The notes: generated from the sequence alone by a model not told the origin. DNA of 58,892 nt from Candidatus Limnocylindria bacterium (GCA_036556325.1 DATBJR010000113.1:1-58892), one strand, 5' to 3'. Positions 1-8,863 are shown, counted from the stretch's first letter. Numbers and translations: made by a program.

Positions 1-151
1 CGAGCCACGGCCCGTCGGCCGGGATCAGCATCCGCGCGCCGGGGTGGCGGTAGGTCGAGCCGGTGGTGGACACGATGGTGGCCAGCGCCATCGGCTCACC
101 GGCGGCGTTCAGCGCCTCGATCCGCGAAAGGATCTCCTGCACCTCCGACAC
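1..151 (-). CDS. XdhC/CoxI family accessory protein, N-terminal fragment (runs off the window start)
   Basis: The minus-strand frame is open from GTG at 151 to the window edge. It reads VSEVQEILSRIEALNAAGEPMALATIVSTTGSTYRHPGARMLIPADGPWL, the typical XdhC N-terminal pattern (ALATVV..GS..R.PGA.ML). It begins 10 nt after the KAS stop and is absent from the ORF track because it is truncated. Confidence 0.55.
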   Translation of the reverse strand, partial: MSEVQEILSRIEALNAAGEPMALATIVSTTGSTYRHPGARMLIPADGPWL

Positions 152-161
152 GCCACCGATC

Positions 162-1397
162 CTACGCGGGGCGAAGCACCAGTGCCGCGTTCATACCGCC
201 GAAGCCGAACGACGTGGAGAGCGCAGCCGCAGGCGCGGCGGACATCGGCTCACGAAGCACGTACAGGTCAACCTCAGGATCAAGCTCCACGAGATTGCAC
301 GTGCCGGGAAGGCAGCCGGAGCGCAGCGCCATGACCGTGATCGCCGCTTCGAACGCGCCCGAGGCGCCGAGCGCGTGGCCGTGCAGGCCCTTGGTGCCGG
401 ACACGGGGACGGTCGCGGCATGCTCACCCAGCGCCAGGTTCAACGCTCGGGCCTCGGCGGGCTCGTTGAGCTGCGTCGAGGAGGCGTGGGCATTCACGTA
501 GCCGATGTCTCCCGCCGCCACGTCGCCGTCGGCCAGTGCGGCGGTGACGGCTGCGGCAGCAGCCTCGCCGGAAGGCAGCGGAGCGGTGAGGTGGTAGGCA
601 TCCGTCGAGGCGCCAAAGCCAACGACCTCGCCCAGGATCTCGGCGCCGCGGGCGGCCGCCGCATCCCACTCCTCGAGGGCAAGGACCGCTGACCCCTCCC
701 CCATCACGAAGCCATCGCGGTCGACGTCGAACGGCCGGGAGGCGCGCCCAGGGTCGTCGTTGCGTGACGAGAGGACGCGGATCATGGCGAACGCCCCGAA
801 CGTGAGCGGGGCGAGCGGCGCCTCCGCACCGCCGGCCAGTGCGGCGTCCACGATCCCGGCGCGGATGGCATGGAAGGCCTGGCCGATGGCCATCGCGCCG
901 GAGGCGCAGGAGTTCGCATTGCCGACGGCCGGGCCGCGGATGCCCAGGTCAATCGCGACGTTGGACGCGCCGGCGCCGCCGAACACCGCCGTCGCCAGGG
1001 TGGGAGCCACGGCCCGCACGCCGCGCTGCACGTAGTTCGCGTGCTGCTCCTCGCCGAACGCCACGCCGCCCAGCGCAGAGCCGATCCAGACGCCGGTGCG
1101 ATCGCGCAAGGCGGAGCCATCGGCCCATCCAGCGTCGTCGGCTGCCATGCGGGCTGCCGCGACCGAGAACTGGCTGAAGCGGTCCAGGCGGCGGGCACGC
1201 TTGGCGTCCAGGTGGTCCTGCGGGCGGAAGTCGTCGACCTGCGCGGCCACCCGGGAGGGGAAGGGCGAGGCGTCGAAGCGGTCCACCGCGCGCACGGCTG
1301 AACGGTTGGCCAGTACGCCCTTCCACAGGCCTGCCTTGCCAATGCCGATGGGGGTCACGGCGCCGATGCCGGTCACCGCCACCCGTCGAGCGGTCAT
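162..1397 (-). CDS. beta-ketoacyl-ACP synthase, KAS I/II (FabF-like, Cys-His-His) family
   Basis: I use the internal ATG at 1397 (MTARRVAVTGIGAVTPIG) of the 578-aa track ORF; the upstream part of that ORF is Arg/Pro-rich junk. Motifs are NSCASGAMAIG (active Cys), AYHLTAP, VNAHASST and GHALGASG. The 411 aa length is typical. Confidence 0.9.
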   Translation of the reverse strand: MTARRVAVTGIGAVTPIGIGKAGLWKGVLANRSAVRAVDRFDASPFPSRVAAQVDDFRPQDHLDAKRARRLDRFSQFSVAAARMAADDAGWADGSALRDRTGVWIGSALGGVAFGEEQHANYVQRGVRAVAPTLATAVFGGAGASNVAIDLGIRGPAVGNANSCASGAMAIGQAFHAIRAGIVDAALAGGAEAPLAPLTFGAFAMIRVLSSRNDDPGRASRPFDVDRDGFVMGEGSAVLALEEWDAAAARGAEILGEVVGFGASTDAYHLTAPLPSGEAAAAAVTAALADGDVAAGDIGYVNAHASSTQLNEPAEARALNLALGEHAATVPVSGTKGLHGHALGASGAFEAAITVMALRSGCLPGTCNLVELDPEVDLYVLREPMSAAPAAALSTSFGFGGMNAALVLRPA

Positions 1398-1843
1398 GCG
1401 CCATCCTCCGCCAGCTGCTTCACGGTTCGGAGGGTGCGGCCGGCGATGGCGTCGATGAACTGCGGGCCGATGACGGCATCCGCCGCCAAGCCGCCGATCA
1501 GCGGCCAGCCCAGCCGAAGCGTGTGCTCGATGCTCACGTCCCAGCCGCCGTTTGCCGGCTCGAAGCGCCAGGCGACCTCCATGCCGCGCGTCACGCCGCC
1601 GGTGTGCGTGAACTCGATCCGGCGCTCTCCGGGGAGCGGGCGCTGAATGGCCTCCCAGCTGACCGGGATGGGCCCTCGCCGCGCACCCATCGCGAAGCGG
1701 CGCTCCCCGTTGGAGGCGGGCAGGCGGCGGACATACCGGTAGTGCGGCAGCCGTTCGGGCCAGCGTTCGACCTCCGCGGCGAGCGGAAAGATCCGCTCGT
1801 ACGGCGCGTCGATGTGAATGCGCATCGTGCTGTTCACGGCCAC
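1394..1843 (-). CDS. SRPBCC (START/cyclase-dehydrase/RatA-like) family protein
   Basis: This is a 149-aa ORF with high GC3 and a Trp/Arg-rich pattern typical of polyketide cyclase/dehydrase-like lipid-binding folds. Its TGA overlaps the KAS ATG (ATGA at 1394-1397). The start could instead be the ATG at 1825. Confidence 0.7.
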   Translation of the reverse strand: MAVNSTMRIHIDAPYERIFPLAAEVERWPERLPHYRYVRRLPASNGERRFAMGARRGPIPVSWEAIQRPLPGERRIEFTHTGGVTRGMEVAWRFEPANGGWDVSIEHTLRLGWPLIGGLAADAVIGPQFIDAIAGRTLRTVKQLAEDGA

Positions 1844-3036
1844 AGCACCCGCGCCAGGAAGAGCGGCGAGAGGGCATCCGAGGCCGGGCGCAGGTCACCC
1901 AGCGCCGATCCCAGTCGCTTGGCGAGAGCAGGGCGCGCAGCGAGGCGGCGCAGGGCGTAGCCCATCAGCGGCGGGGCTGCCAGCATCCCCTGGATCGTCC
2001 AGGTGAGCGCGTCCTTGGCGGCGAACGCCTGCTGGCGGGCGGCGCGATACCGACCGGCGGCGCCGTCGTCCAGCCCGTCCTCGAGCGCCTCCGCAGCGGC
2101 GCGTGCAGAGCGCAGGGCCCGGAAGATCCCCTCGCCGGTGAATGGGTCGATGAAGCCGGCCGCGTCCCCGACCAGCATCCAGCCGCGCCCCGCGGTCGAT
2201 CGCACCCGGTGGCCGATGGGCGACGCGCCGCGGATCGGCGTCAGCCGGCGGCTGTCGCGCAGGCGCTCCGCGACCGCGGGGAGCTCGGCGATGGCGGCGG
2301 TGAAGCGCTCCTCTGCCGAGCGGCGGCCGCCGTCCAGGGGCAGCGCCATGCCGACGTTCAGCCGCTCCGCGGCGAGCGGCGCCAGGCCGATGTAGTAGCC
2401 GCGCCCCACGTGCATCTCGCCGTGATCGGTGAGCGCAGGCGCGCCTGCGTAATGCGCGACCAGTCCAAGGCGTCGTGGCCGACCAAGGGCTCCGAGGTCG
2501 ACGTTCAGCCGCTGCGCCGTGCGGGAGCGGGCGCCATCGGCGCCGATCAGCCACCGACAGCGGACCGTGCGACGGCCATCGGCGGTGCGCAGTGACGCGC
2601 CGGTCACGCGGCCCCCGGTCGCATCCTGGCCGCCCCGCCAGTGCACGTCATCGAGCGCCGTCCGCTCCATGAGCCGCGCCCCGGAGTCCACTGCGTGGGC
2701 CGCCAGCGTCGCATCGAAGCGCTCGCGATCCAGGCCCCAGGCCGGCCGCTGCCCTCCGGCGTCGTGGTAGGTCATCTCGGTCGCGTCGCCCCCACGGATC
2801 ACGCGCATGCCGCGAACCGCCAGTGCGTCGGCCTGCCAGGCGTCCGTCGGCAGGCCCAACCGGCCGAGCTCCTCGGCGATCCGCGGGCTGGCATACTCGG
2901 CGCAGGCCTTCGGCCGCGGGTGCGCATGCGACTCGACCAGCAGGACGTCGCGGCCCGCGCGGGCGAGTGCCGCGGCGGCAGCGGAGCCGGCCGGACCGGC
3001 ACCCACCACCAGGACGTCACAGGCGAGGTCCGTCAT
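1834..3036 (-). CDS. FAD-dependent oxidoreductase, geranylgeranyl reductase family
   Basis: The N-terminal Rossmann motif is DVLVVGAGPAGSAAAAALARAG, followed by LIGADGARS and GDAAGFIDPFTGEGI motifs. The start at 3036 (MTDL) forms an ATGA overlap with the methyltransferase stop. Confidence 0.85.
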   Translation of the reverse strand: MTDLACDVLVVGAGPAGSAAAAALARAGRDVLLVESHAHPRPKACAEYASPRIAEELGRLGLPTDAWQADALAVRGMRVIRGGDATEMTYHDAGGQRPAWGLDRERFDATLAAHAVDSGARLMERTALDDVHWRGGQDATGGRVTGASLRTADGRRTVRCRWLIGADGARSRTAQRLNVDLGALGRPRRLGLVAHYAGAPALTDHGEMHVGRGYYIGLAPLAAERLNVGMALPLDGGRRSAEERFTAAIAELPAVAERLRDSRRLTPIRGASPIGHRVRSTAGRGWMLVGDAAGFIDPFTGEGIFRALRSARAAAEALEDGLDDGAAGRYRAARQQAFAAKDALTWTIQGMLAAPPLMGYALRRLAARPALAKRLGSALGDLRPASDALSPLFLARVLWP

Positions 3037-3710
3037 CGGTACACCGTCGTCACCCGTGGCCACCAGGGCACCGTGCGACGCACGACCGACAACCCCGCCT
3101 CCGCCGCCAGCGCATCCAGCTCATGCAACGTATACGCGCGACGGGCCGAGGCCGGACCGTCCACGCGGGTGTAGCGGCCCCGCGCGAAGGCCATGACCGG
3201 CGCCACCGCCAGCAGGTAGGCCAGCCGGCCGCGGCGCAGGTCGTTGACCACCACCGCCTCGCGCGCCACGCGGCGCATCTCGCGAAAGGCGCTCACGACC
3301 GCCGGCGGCTCGAGGTGGTGGAGCAGGAGTGAGGCATGGACCACGTCCACCGCGCCGTCGGGAAGCGGCAGCGCGGTGACATCGGCCTCCAGGAACTCCA
3401 CGCCGTCCGTCCGGGCCAGCGTGTGACGCGCGATGGCGAGCACCTCGGCGCGGGCATCGCCGACCAGGATGCGCACCTGGCGCTCCAGGGCGAGCCGGCG
3501 CCCGAAATCGCCGGAGCCGGCCCCGATGTCCAGCACGGTCGCATCGGGTCGACCGTCAAGCGCGCCAAGCACGGCACGAACCGAGGCCGTCACGCCACCG
3601 GGCAGCCGGTTGAGCATGGCCATCTCGCGCAGGTTGACCCGCAGCTCGACCGGATCCAGCTCCGGGCCGTCCAGCAGCTCCAGCTCGCTTGATCGGGTCG
3701 AGAGGGGCAT
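3033..3710 (-). CDS. class I SAM-dependent methyltransferase
   Basis: I use the internal ATG at 3710 (MPLSTRSSELELLDG) of the 535-aa track ORF. The SAM motif I is VLDIGAGSGDFG, followed by acidic LVGDA and the post-I/II patterns DVVHASLLLHHL. Confidence 0.85.
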   Translation of the reverse strand: MPLSTRSSELELLDGPELDPVELRVNLREMAMLNRLPGGVTASVRAVLGALDGRPDATVLDIGAGSGDFGRRLALERQVRILVGDARAEVLAIARHTLARTDGVEFLEADVTALPLPDGAVDVVHASLLLHHLEPPAVVSAFREMRRVAREAVVVNDLRRGRLAYLLAVAPVMAFARGRYTRVDGPASARRAYTLHELDALAAEAGLSVVRRTVPWWPRVTTVYR

Positions 3711-3926
3711 GGGCGGGCATCGTACGCCGATCGGCGCGGGCGGCCCTCGCCAGGCGCTGGCCGGCCAACGGGCGACGCCGGCTTGGCGCGCGAATCGTGC
3801 TTGCCTGGCACTCGAGGCCCGCTGAGCACGGCCGTCGGCCACGGTTTCGAGGTCCCGCATGGGCGCCACACCCGCGGTGGTTGGCAGGCGGGGGAACCAG
3901 ACCCGACGGCATGGCACCATGACCCA

Positions 3927-4991
3927 ATGCGGCTCGACCCGGTGACCAGGGCGGTGGAGGTGCACGCCGGCGGCGAGCCGGGACGGGTGGTGGTGGGCGG
4001 CGTCCACGACGTGCCCGGGGCGACCATGCTGGAGAAGCGCAACCACCTGGCGCAGCACGGGGATCGGCTCAGGAAGCTGATGCTCCGCGAGCCCCGCGGG
4101 TATCCCGCCCTGTGCGCCAACGTCCTCCTGCCGCCGACATCCCCCGAAGCCGATGCCGGCTACGTGATCATGGAGCAGTCCGAGTATCCGGCCATGTCCG
4201 GCTCCAACACGATGTGCGTCGCGACGGTGCTCATCAACGAGGGCCTGGTGCCGGTGCAGGAGCCGATCACCGAGCTCACTCTGGAGGCACCGGCCGGCCT
4301 CATCCGCGTCCGAGCCGATGTGCACGCCGGCAAGGCCACGGCCATCACCTTCGAGAACGTGCCCGCCTTCGCGCTCCGCCTGGACGTGCCGGTCGAGGTC
4401 CCGCAGCTGGGCACCGTGGTCGTGGACGTGGCGTGGGGCGGCATGTTCTTCGCCCTGGCCGATGCCGCGGCGCTCGGCTTCCAGCTCACGCGTGACGAGG
4501 GCCGTGACCTGGTCAGGGTCGGCGAGATGGTCAAGGCCGCGGCGCGCGAGCAGATCCCGGTCCGCCATCCCGTGACGCCGGAGCTGGCCGGCATCTCGAT
4601 CCTGGAGTTCACCGGGCCACCCTCCGTCCCCGGGGCGCACGGCAAGAACACCGTCGCCATCTCGTCCGGGACCCTGGACTGGTCGCGCCCGGAGTCCTTC
4701 ACCGGCGTCCTCGATCGCTCACCGTGCGGCACCGGCACCTGCGCCCGGATGGCCGTGATGCACGCCCGCGGGGAGCTGGCCATCGGCCAGGACTTCGTGC
4801 ACGAGGGGATCCTGGGCACCACCTGGACCGGCAGGCTGCTGCGCGAGACGACCGTCGGTGACGTGCCAGCGGTGGTGCCGCAGCTGACCGGCTCGGCCTG
4901 GATCACCGGGCGCACCGACTACGTGGTCGACGCGGCGGACCCGTTCCAGGAGGGCTTCACGGTCGGCGACCTGTGGGGCCTCACCGACTGA
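3927..4991 (+). CDS. proline racemase / hydroxyproline epimerase-dehydratase superfamily protein (Ser/Cys catalytic pair)
   Basis: I use the internal ATG at 3927 (MRLDPVTRAVEVHAGGEPGRVV). The family motifs HxGGEP and DRSPCGTG are present. The first catalytic position reads MSGSN where canonical members have MCGHN. Confidence 0.85.
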   Translation: MRLDPVTRAVEVHAGGEPGRVVVGGVHDVPGATMLEKRNHLAQHGDRLRKLMLREPRGYPALCANVLLPPTSPEADAGYVIMEQSEYPAMSGSNTMCVATVLINEGLVPVQEPITELTLEAPAGLIRVRADVHAGKATAITFENVPAFALRLDVPVEVPQLGTVVVDVAWGGMFFALADAAALGFQLTRDEGRDLVRVGEMVKAAAREQIPVRHPVTPELAGISILEFTGPPSVPGAHGKNTVAISSGTLDWSRPESFTGVLDRSPCGTGTCARMAVMHARGELAIGQDFVHEGILGTTWTGRLLRETTVGDVPAVVPQLTGSAWITGRTDYVVDAADPFQEGFTVGDLWGLTD

Positions 4992-5029
4992 CGGCCTGGT
5001 TCCGGCAGGGTCCCGTCTACACCTGCGGC

Positions 5030-5129
5030 ATCAAAGGTCGAGGAAAGAGAAAGATCCGCCACCTCCTGCAATGTCCATGTCCATGGCGCATCAGAGTTCG
5101 AAGGAGCTCGGTCGAGGTCGACCTTTGAT
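5030..5129. repeat. 12-bp perfect inverted repeat (ATCAAAGGTCGA ... TCGACCTTTGAT) flanking a 76-nt lower-GC spacer
   Basis: The arms at 5030-5041 and 5118-5129 are exact reverse complements. The spacer contains the short direct repeats ATGTCCATGTCCATGG and GGTCGAGG (x2). The element lies between two convergent stop codons. Confidence 0.6.
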
Positions 5130-5173
5130 ATCCAGGCGGTATCGGCGCGAGCAGCCCGGCAACGCAACCGTTC

Positions 5174-7681
5174 TCACGCCACCCACTCGCGCGGACGCAG
5201 CGTCCGCATGGCCTCGGCCAGGACCGCCGGCAGCACCGCCAGCCCGGCCACCAGCAGCCATTCGGCCAATGCCAGGGGGGTGGCGTGGAACGCCACCGCC
5301 ACCGGTGGCAGCAACGGGATGGTGACCTGGACCGCGACCACCACCAGCAGGGCCAGCAGCAGGAAGGTGTTGCGCGACAGCCACCGCACCGGCAGCGTCA
5401 GGCTGCGATTGGCATAGGCCCGTACCGCCTGGCCGATGGCGAGGACGTTGAAGGCGAGCCAGCGGGCGTGATCGAATTCGCCGCCGCGGAGCTCCAGCAC
5501 CGCCAGCGCCGCCACGGCGGTGAAGCCGCCAGCGACCGCGATTCGCACGAGCACCCCGGTGGTCAGCAGCGGCCGGTCACGCGGGCGCGGCGGCCGGCGC
5601 ATGGCCCCCGGCTCCTCCGGCTCGCGTTCGAATGCCACCGACGTGGAGAGATCGATGAACAGCTCCAGCCACAGGATCTGGAGCGGCAGCAGTGGCTGCC
5701 CGTAGCCCGCCAGCGTCGCGATGAGGATGAAGCCCAGGAGGGCGACGTGAGTCGAGACCAGGAAGACGAGGCCCTTGCGGATGTTGGTGACCATTCGGCG
5801 CCCCTCGCGCAGGCCGTCCATGAGGGTGGCGAACGAGTCGTCGCCGAGCACGAGGTCGGCCGCCTCGCGAGCGACCTGGGTGCCGCTGCCCATGGCCACC
5901 GCCACGTCGGCGCGGTGCAGGGCGGGCGCATCGTTCACGCCGTCGCCGGTGACCGCCACGGTGCGCCCGGCACGCCGCGCCGCCTCGACCAGCCGCAGCT
6001 TCTGCTGGGGCACCGCGCGGGCCACGACCCGCAGCGCCGGCAGCTCCGCCTGCAGCCGTTCGTCGTCGAGGTCGTCCAGCTCGGCCCCGGTCATGACGCG
6101 CGACGTGTCCAGCCCGGCCTCGCGCGCGATGGCCTCCGCCGTGACCGGGTGATCGCCGGTCACCACCACCGCCTGGATGCCCGCGTCGCGGGCGGCCTCC
6201 AGGGCCGGTCGAGCCTCCGGCCGCAGCGGATCGGCGAACACGACCAGCCCCTCGGGCAGCCAATCGCTGCCACCGGGTCGGATCGCCAGCAGCAGCGCCC
6301 GTCCGCCCCGTTCCGCCTCGCGCCGCAGCGCCTGATGCCAGGCCTTCGCGACCGGCTCGGGGAGGCTGGTGCACAGCGCGAGCACCGGCTCGGGAGCGCC
6401 CAGGGCCAGCTCCCGGTCGGCGGTGCGCGTCCAGGAATACGGGAGCTCGTCAGTCGGGGCGCGGCAGTCGAGCAGCTCGCCGGGATCGAGCGAGGGATCG
6501 GCGCCAAGTTCGGTCACCCGAGCCACCAGCGCCCGGGTGAAGGCGCTGGGCGCGACTCCCTCTGACACGTGCCACGCGTTGTCCTCGGCGCGCAGGGCGC
6601 GCGAGAGCAACGCGACCTGGTCCGGCCCCTCGACCGGGCCAGCCGGCGTCACCACCCGGGCCACGGCCAGCCGGTTCTGGGTCAGCGTGCCCGTCTTATC
6701 GGTGAGGATGAGATCCACCGCCCCCAACGTCTCCTGGGCGTTCAGCCGGCGCACGAGCACGCGCTGGCGCAGGAGCCGATGGGCCCCAATGCCCAGCACC
6801 ACCGCGAGGAGGATCGGCGGCTCCTCCGGAATCGCGGCAATGGCGGCGCTGATCCCGGCCAGCAGGCTGGCACCGGGGGGCAGGCCGCGAAGGAAGCCGA
6901 ATCCGACGGTGATAGCGATGAGGCCGATGGCGGCCACCAGCAGGATGCGCACCAGCCGGTTCAGCTCTCGCTGAACCGGCGAGCGGCGCCGCTCGGTGCC
7001 CGCCAGCGAAGCCGCGATCTTGCCCAGCTCCGTGGCCGTGCCCGTCGCGACCACCAGGCCGATGCCGCTGCCCGTCACCACCGCCATGCCGGCAAAGGCC
7101 ATGCTGCGCCGGTCGGCAACCGGCGCCTCGAGCGGATCCGGATGGGTGTAGCCCTGCTCGGGCAGCGATTCGCCGGTCAGCGCCGAGCGGTCGAGCTCCA
7201 GACCATCGGTCCAGGTCAGTCGCAGGTCGGCCGGCACGATGTCGCCGGTGTGCAGGAGGACGACGTCGCCGGGCACCAGCTCCGCTACCGGCACCTCCAG
7301 GACGGCGCCATTGCGCCGGATGCGGGCATGCGGCGCCGTGGCCATCCGCAGGGCGTGCAACGCTCGCTCGGCGCGGTATTCGGTGATGACGTCGGCGCCG
7401 ACGATCGGGAGCAGGCCCACCAGCACCAGCAACCCGTCACGCGTCTCACCCAGGAACACCGCCAGGATGCCGGCGCCGAGCAGCAGCAGGATGAACGGCT
7501 CGGTCATCGCATGCCAAACCAGGCTGGGCAGGGCTGGCGGCTGGCGATTCTCGAGCTCGTTGGGCCCGGTCTCCGCCAGCCGCTGCCTCGCCGTGGCCTC
7601 GGTCAGTCCGGTCGAGGGATCCACGCCGAGCCGCGCGGCGACGTCGCCGAGCGAGCTGGCGTGGAACGGTCCGAGCATCAC
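5174..7681 (-). CDS. cation-translocating P-type ATPase (P2-like, E1-E2 family)
   Basis: The protein is 835 aa. It carries the phosphorylation motif DKTGTLT, plus TGDHPVTA, the hinge VAVTGDGVNDAPAL and the N-terminal LTEATARQRLAETGPNEL cation-ATPase N domain. The TM4 motif is IPEEPP. Confidence 0.9.
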   Translation of the reverse strand: MMLGPFHASSLGDVAARLGVDPSTGLTEATARQRLAETGPNELENRQPPALPSLVWHAMTEPFILLLLGAGILAVFLGETRDGLLVLVGLLPIVGADVITEYRAERALHALRMATAPHARIRRNGAVLEVPVAELVPGDVVLLHTGDIVPADLRLTWTDGLELDRSALTGESLPEQGYTHPDPLEAPVADRRSMAFAGMAVVTGSGIGLVVATGTATELGKIAASLAGTERRRSPVQRELNRLVRILLVAAIGLIAITVGFGFLRGLPPGASLLAGISAAIAAIPEEPPILLAVVLGIGAHRLLRQRVLVRRLNAQETLGAVDLILTDKTGTLTQNRLAVARVVTPAGPVEGPDQVALLSRALRAEDNAWHVSEGVAPSAFTRALVARVTELGADPSLDPGELLDCRAPTDELPYSWTRTADRELALGAPEPVLALCTSLPEPVAKAWHQALRREAERGGRALLLAIRPGGSDWLPEGLVVFADPLRPEARPALEAARDAGIQAVVVTGDHPVTAEAIAREAGLDTSRVMTGAELDDLDDERLQAELPALRVVARAVPQQKLRLVEAARRAGRTVAVTGDGVNDAPALHRADVAVAMGSGTQVAREAADLVLGDDSFATLMDGLREGRRMVTNIRKGLVFLVSTHVALLGFILIATLAGYGQPLLPLQILWLELFIDLSTSVAFEREPEEPGAMRRPPRPRDRPLLTTGVLVRIAVAGGFTAVAALAVLELRGGEFDHARWLAFNVLAIGQAVRAYANRSLTLPVRWLSRNTFLLLALLVVVAVQVTIPLLPPVAVAFHATPLALAEWLLVAGLAVLPAVLAEAMRTLRPREWVA

Positions 7682-7708
7682 GGCTACGTTGCCACGTGTG
7701 GCGTCGTG

Positions 7709-8863
7709 CTACACGCGGCCCTTCGGAACGGTATGCCAGTAGGTCTTGTTGAACACCAGCTTGCCAAGATGCCAGAGCCGATTCGGCTTCGGCGGCTGCG
7801 GCGGGTGCTGGTAGTCGAACTGCAGCAGCGTGCCCTTGCCATCGCCGACCTCGAAGAAGCACATCACCCGGCCCTCGTAGGCGGCATGCTTGCCGGACGG
7901 CTCCCGGCCCTGCACCGCGGCAGCGATCCGCTCCGCGACCACCGGCGCCTCGAAGTGCGCGGTCGACCCGGCCTTGGAGAGCGGCAGGTCCGTGGCATCG
8001 CCCAGGGCGTAGACGTTGGCTCGTCCGCCGACCTGCAGGGTGTGAGGATCAGTCGGCAGCCAGCCGGCGCCAGTGGCCAGGCCGGAGTCGACCAGGAACT
8101 GCGCGCCGCGGTGCGGCGGCACCAGGATGAGCAGGTCGTACCGCAGCTCCTCGCCCTCCAGCGACTCGACGACGTGGCGCGTCGCGTCGAGCGTCTCGAC
8201 ATTGAAGAACGTGTGCAGCTCGATGCCCTTCTCGGCCAGGATCGGCGTCGCCATCTCGGAGACGGACTCGATGGTGAACGCCCGACCGATGGGGCTGCAG
8301 TAGTGGATCTCGGACCGATCGCGCAATCCGCGCTGCCGGAGCTCGTGATCGATCAGGAACGCGACCTCCAGCGGGGCCGGCGGGCACTTGTAGGGCATGC
8401 CGGCGATGCCGATCACGATCCGGCCGCCCGCGAACCGATCCAGCGCCTGCCGCAGGCGCAGCGCGGCGTCGGCACCGTAGAAGTGGTACGCCTCCTCCGC
8501 GAACCCGGGGATCTCCTCCGGCACGATCCGCGATCCGGAGGCCAGCACCAGCTGGTCGTACCCGAGGTGGCGGCCGTCATCCAGCTCCACGCGCCCGCTC
8601 CCCGCGTCGACGCGTGTCACCCGGCCGATCTCCAGCGCCACGCGACGATCGAGCAGCGAGCGCTCCGTCCGTCGCAGCGCTTCCTCCCGCTCGTGCCCCA
8701 TGGCGATGTACATGAAGCCGGGCTGGTAGACGTGCTCGCCGTGGTCATCGATTACGGTGACCGTGGCCTCGCGGCGGTCGATCTCGCTGCGCAGCTTGCG
8801 CGCGAGCAGGTTCGCGACGAGGGTGCCGCCCACGCCCCCGCCGATGACGACGATCCGTTGCAT
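7709..8863 (-). CDS. sqr: sulfide:quinone oxidoreductase-like FAD-dependent oxidoreductase
   Basis: The N-terminal motif is IVVIGGGVGGTLVA. The conserved redox Cys contexts PYKCPPAPLE and VMCFFEVG are present, together with the LGDATD FAD motif. The gene sits downstream of TusA/DsrE genes. Confidence 0.75.
   Translation of the reverse strand: MQRIVVIGGGVGGTLVANLLARKLRSEIDRREATVTVIDDHGEHVYQPGFMYIAMGHEREEALRRTERSLLDRRVALEIGRVTRVDAGSGRVELDDGRHLGYDQLVLASGSRIVPEEIPGFAEEAYHFYGADAALRLRQALDRFAGGRIVIGIAGMPYKCPPAPLEVAFLIDHELRQRGLRDRSEIHYCSPIGRAFTIESVSEMATPILAEKGIELHTFFNVETLDATRHVVESLEGEELRYDLLILVPPHRGAQFLVDSGLATGAGWLPTDPHTLQVGGRANVYALGDATDLPLSKAGSTAHFEAPVVAERIAAAVQGREPSGKHAAYEGRVMCFFEVGDGKGTLLQFDYQHPPQPPKPNRLWHLGKLVFNKTYWHTVPKGRV

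Noticed and set aside
162-1898. A 578-aa ORF suggesting a KAS with a 167-aa N-terminal extension. The methyltransferase ORF 3033-4640 shows a similar 535-aa extension.
   Set aside because: The extensions are low-complexity Arg/Pro/Ala sequence and overlap the real upstream genes (SRPBCC and the proline-racemase-family gene). Internal ATGs at 1397 and 3710 give family-typical lengths and coupled overlaps.
5071-5325. An 84-aa ORF starting in the lower-GC spacer (MSMSMAHQSS...).
   Set aside because: It has no SD, most of it runs antisense to the 3' end of the P-type ATPase gene, and its composition is that of a shadow frame.
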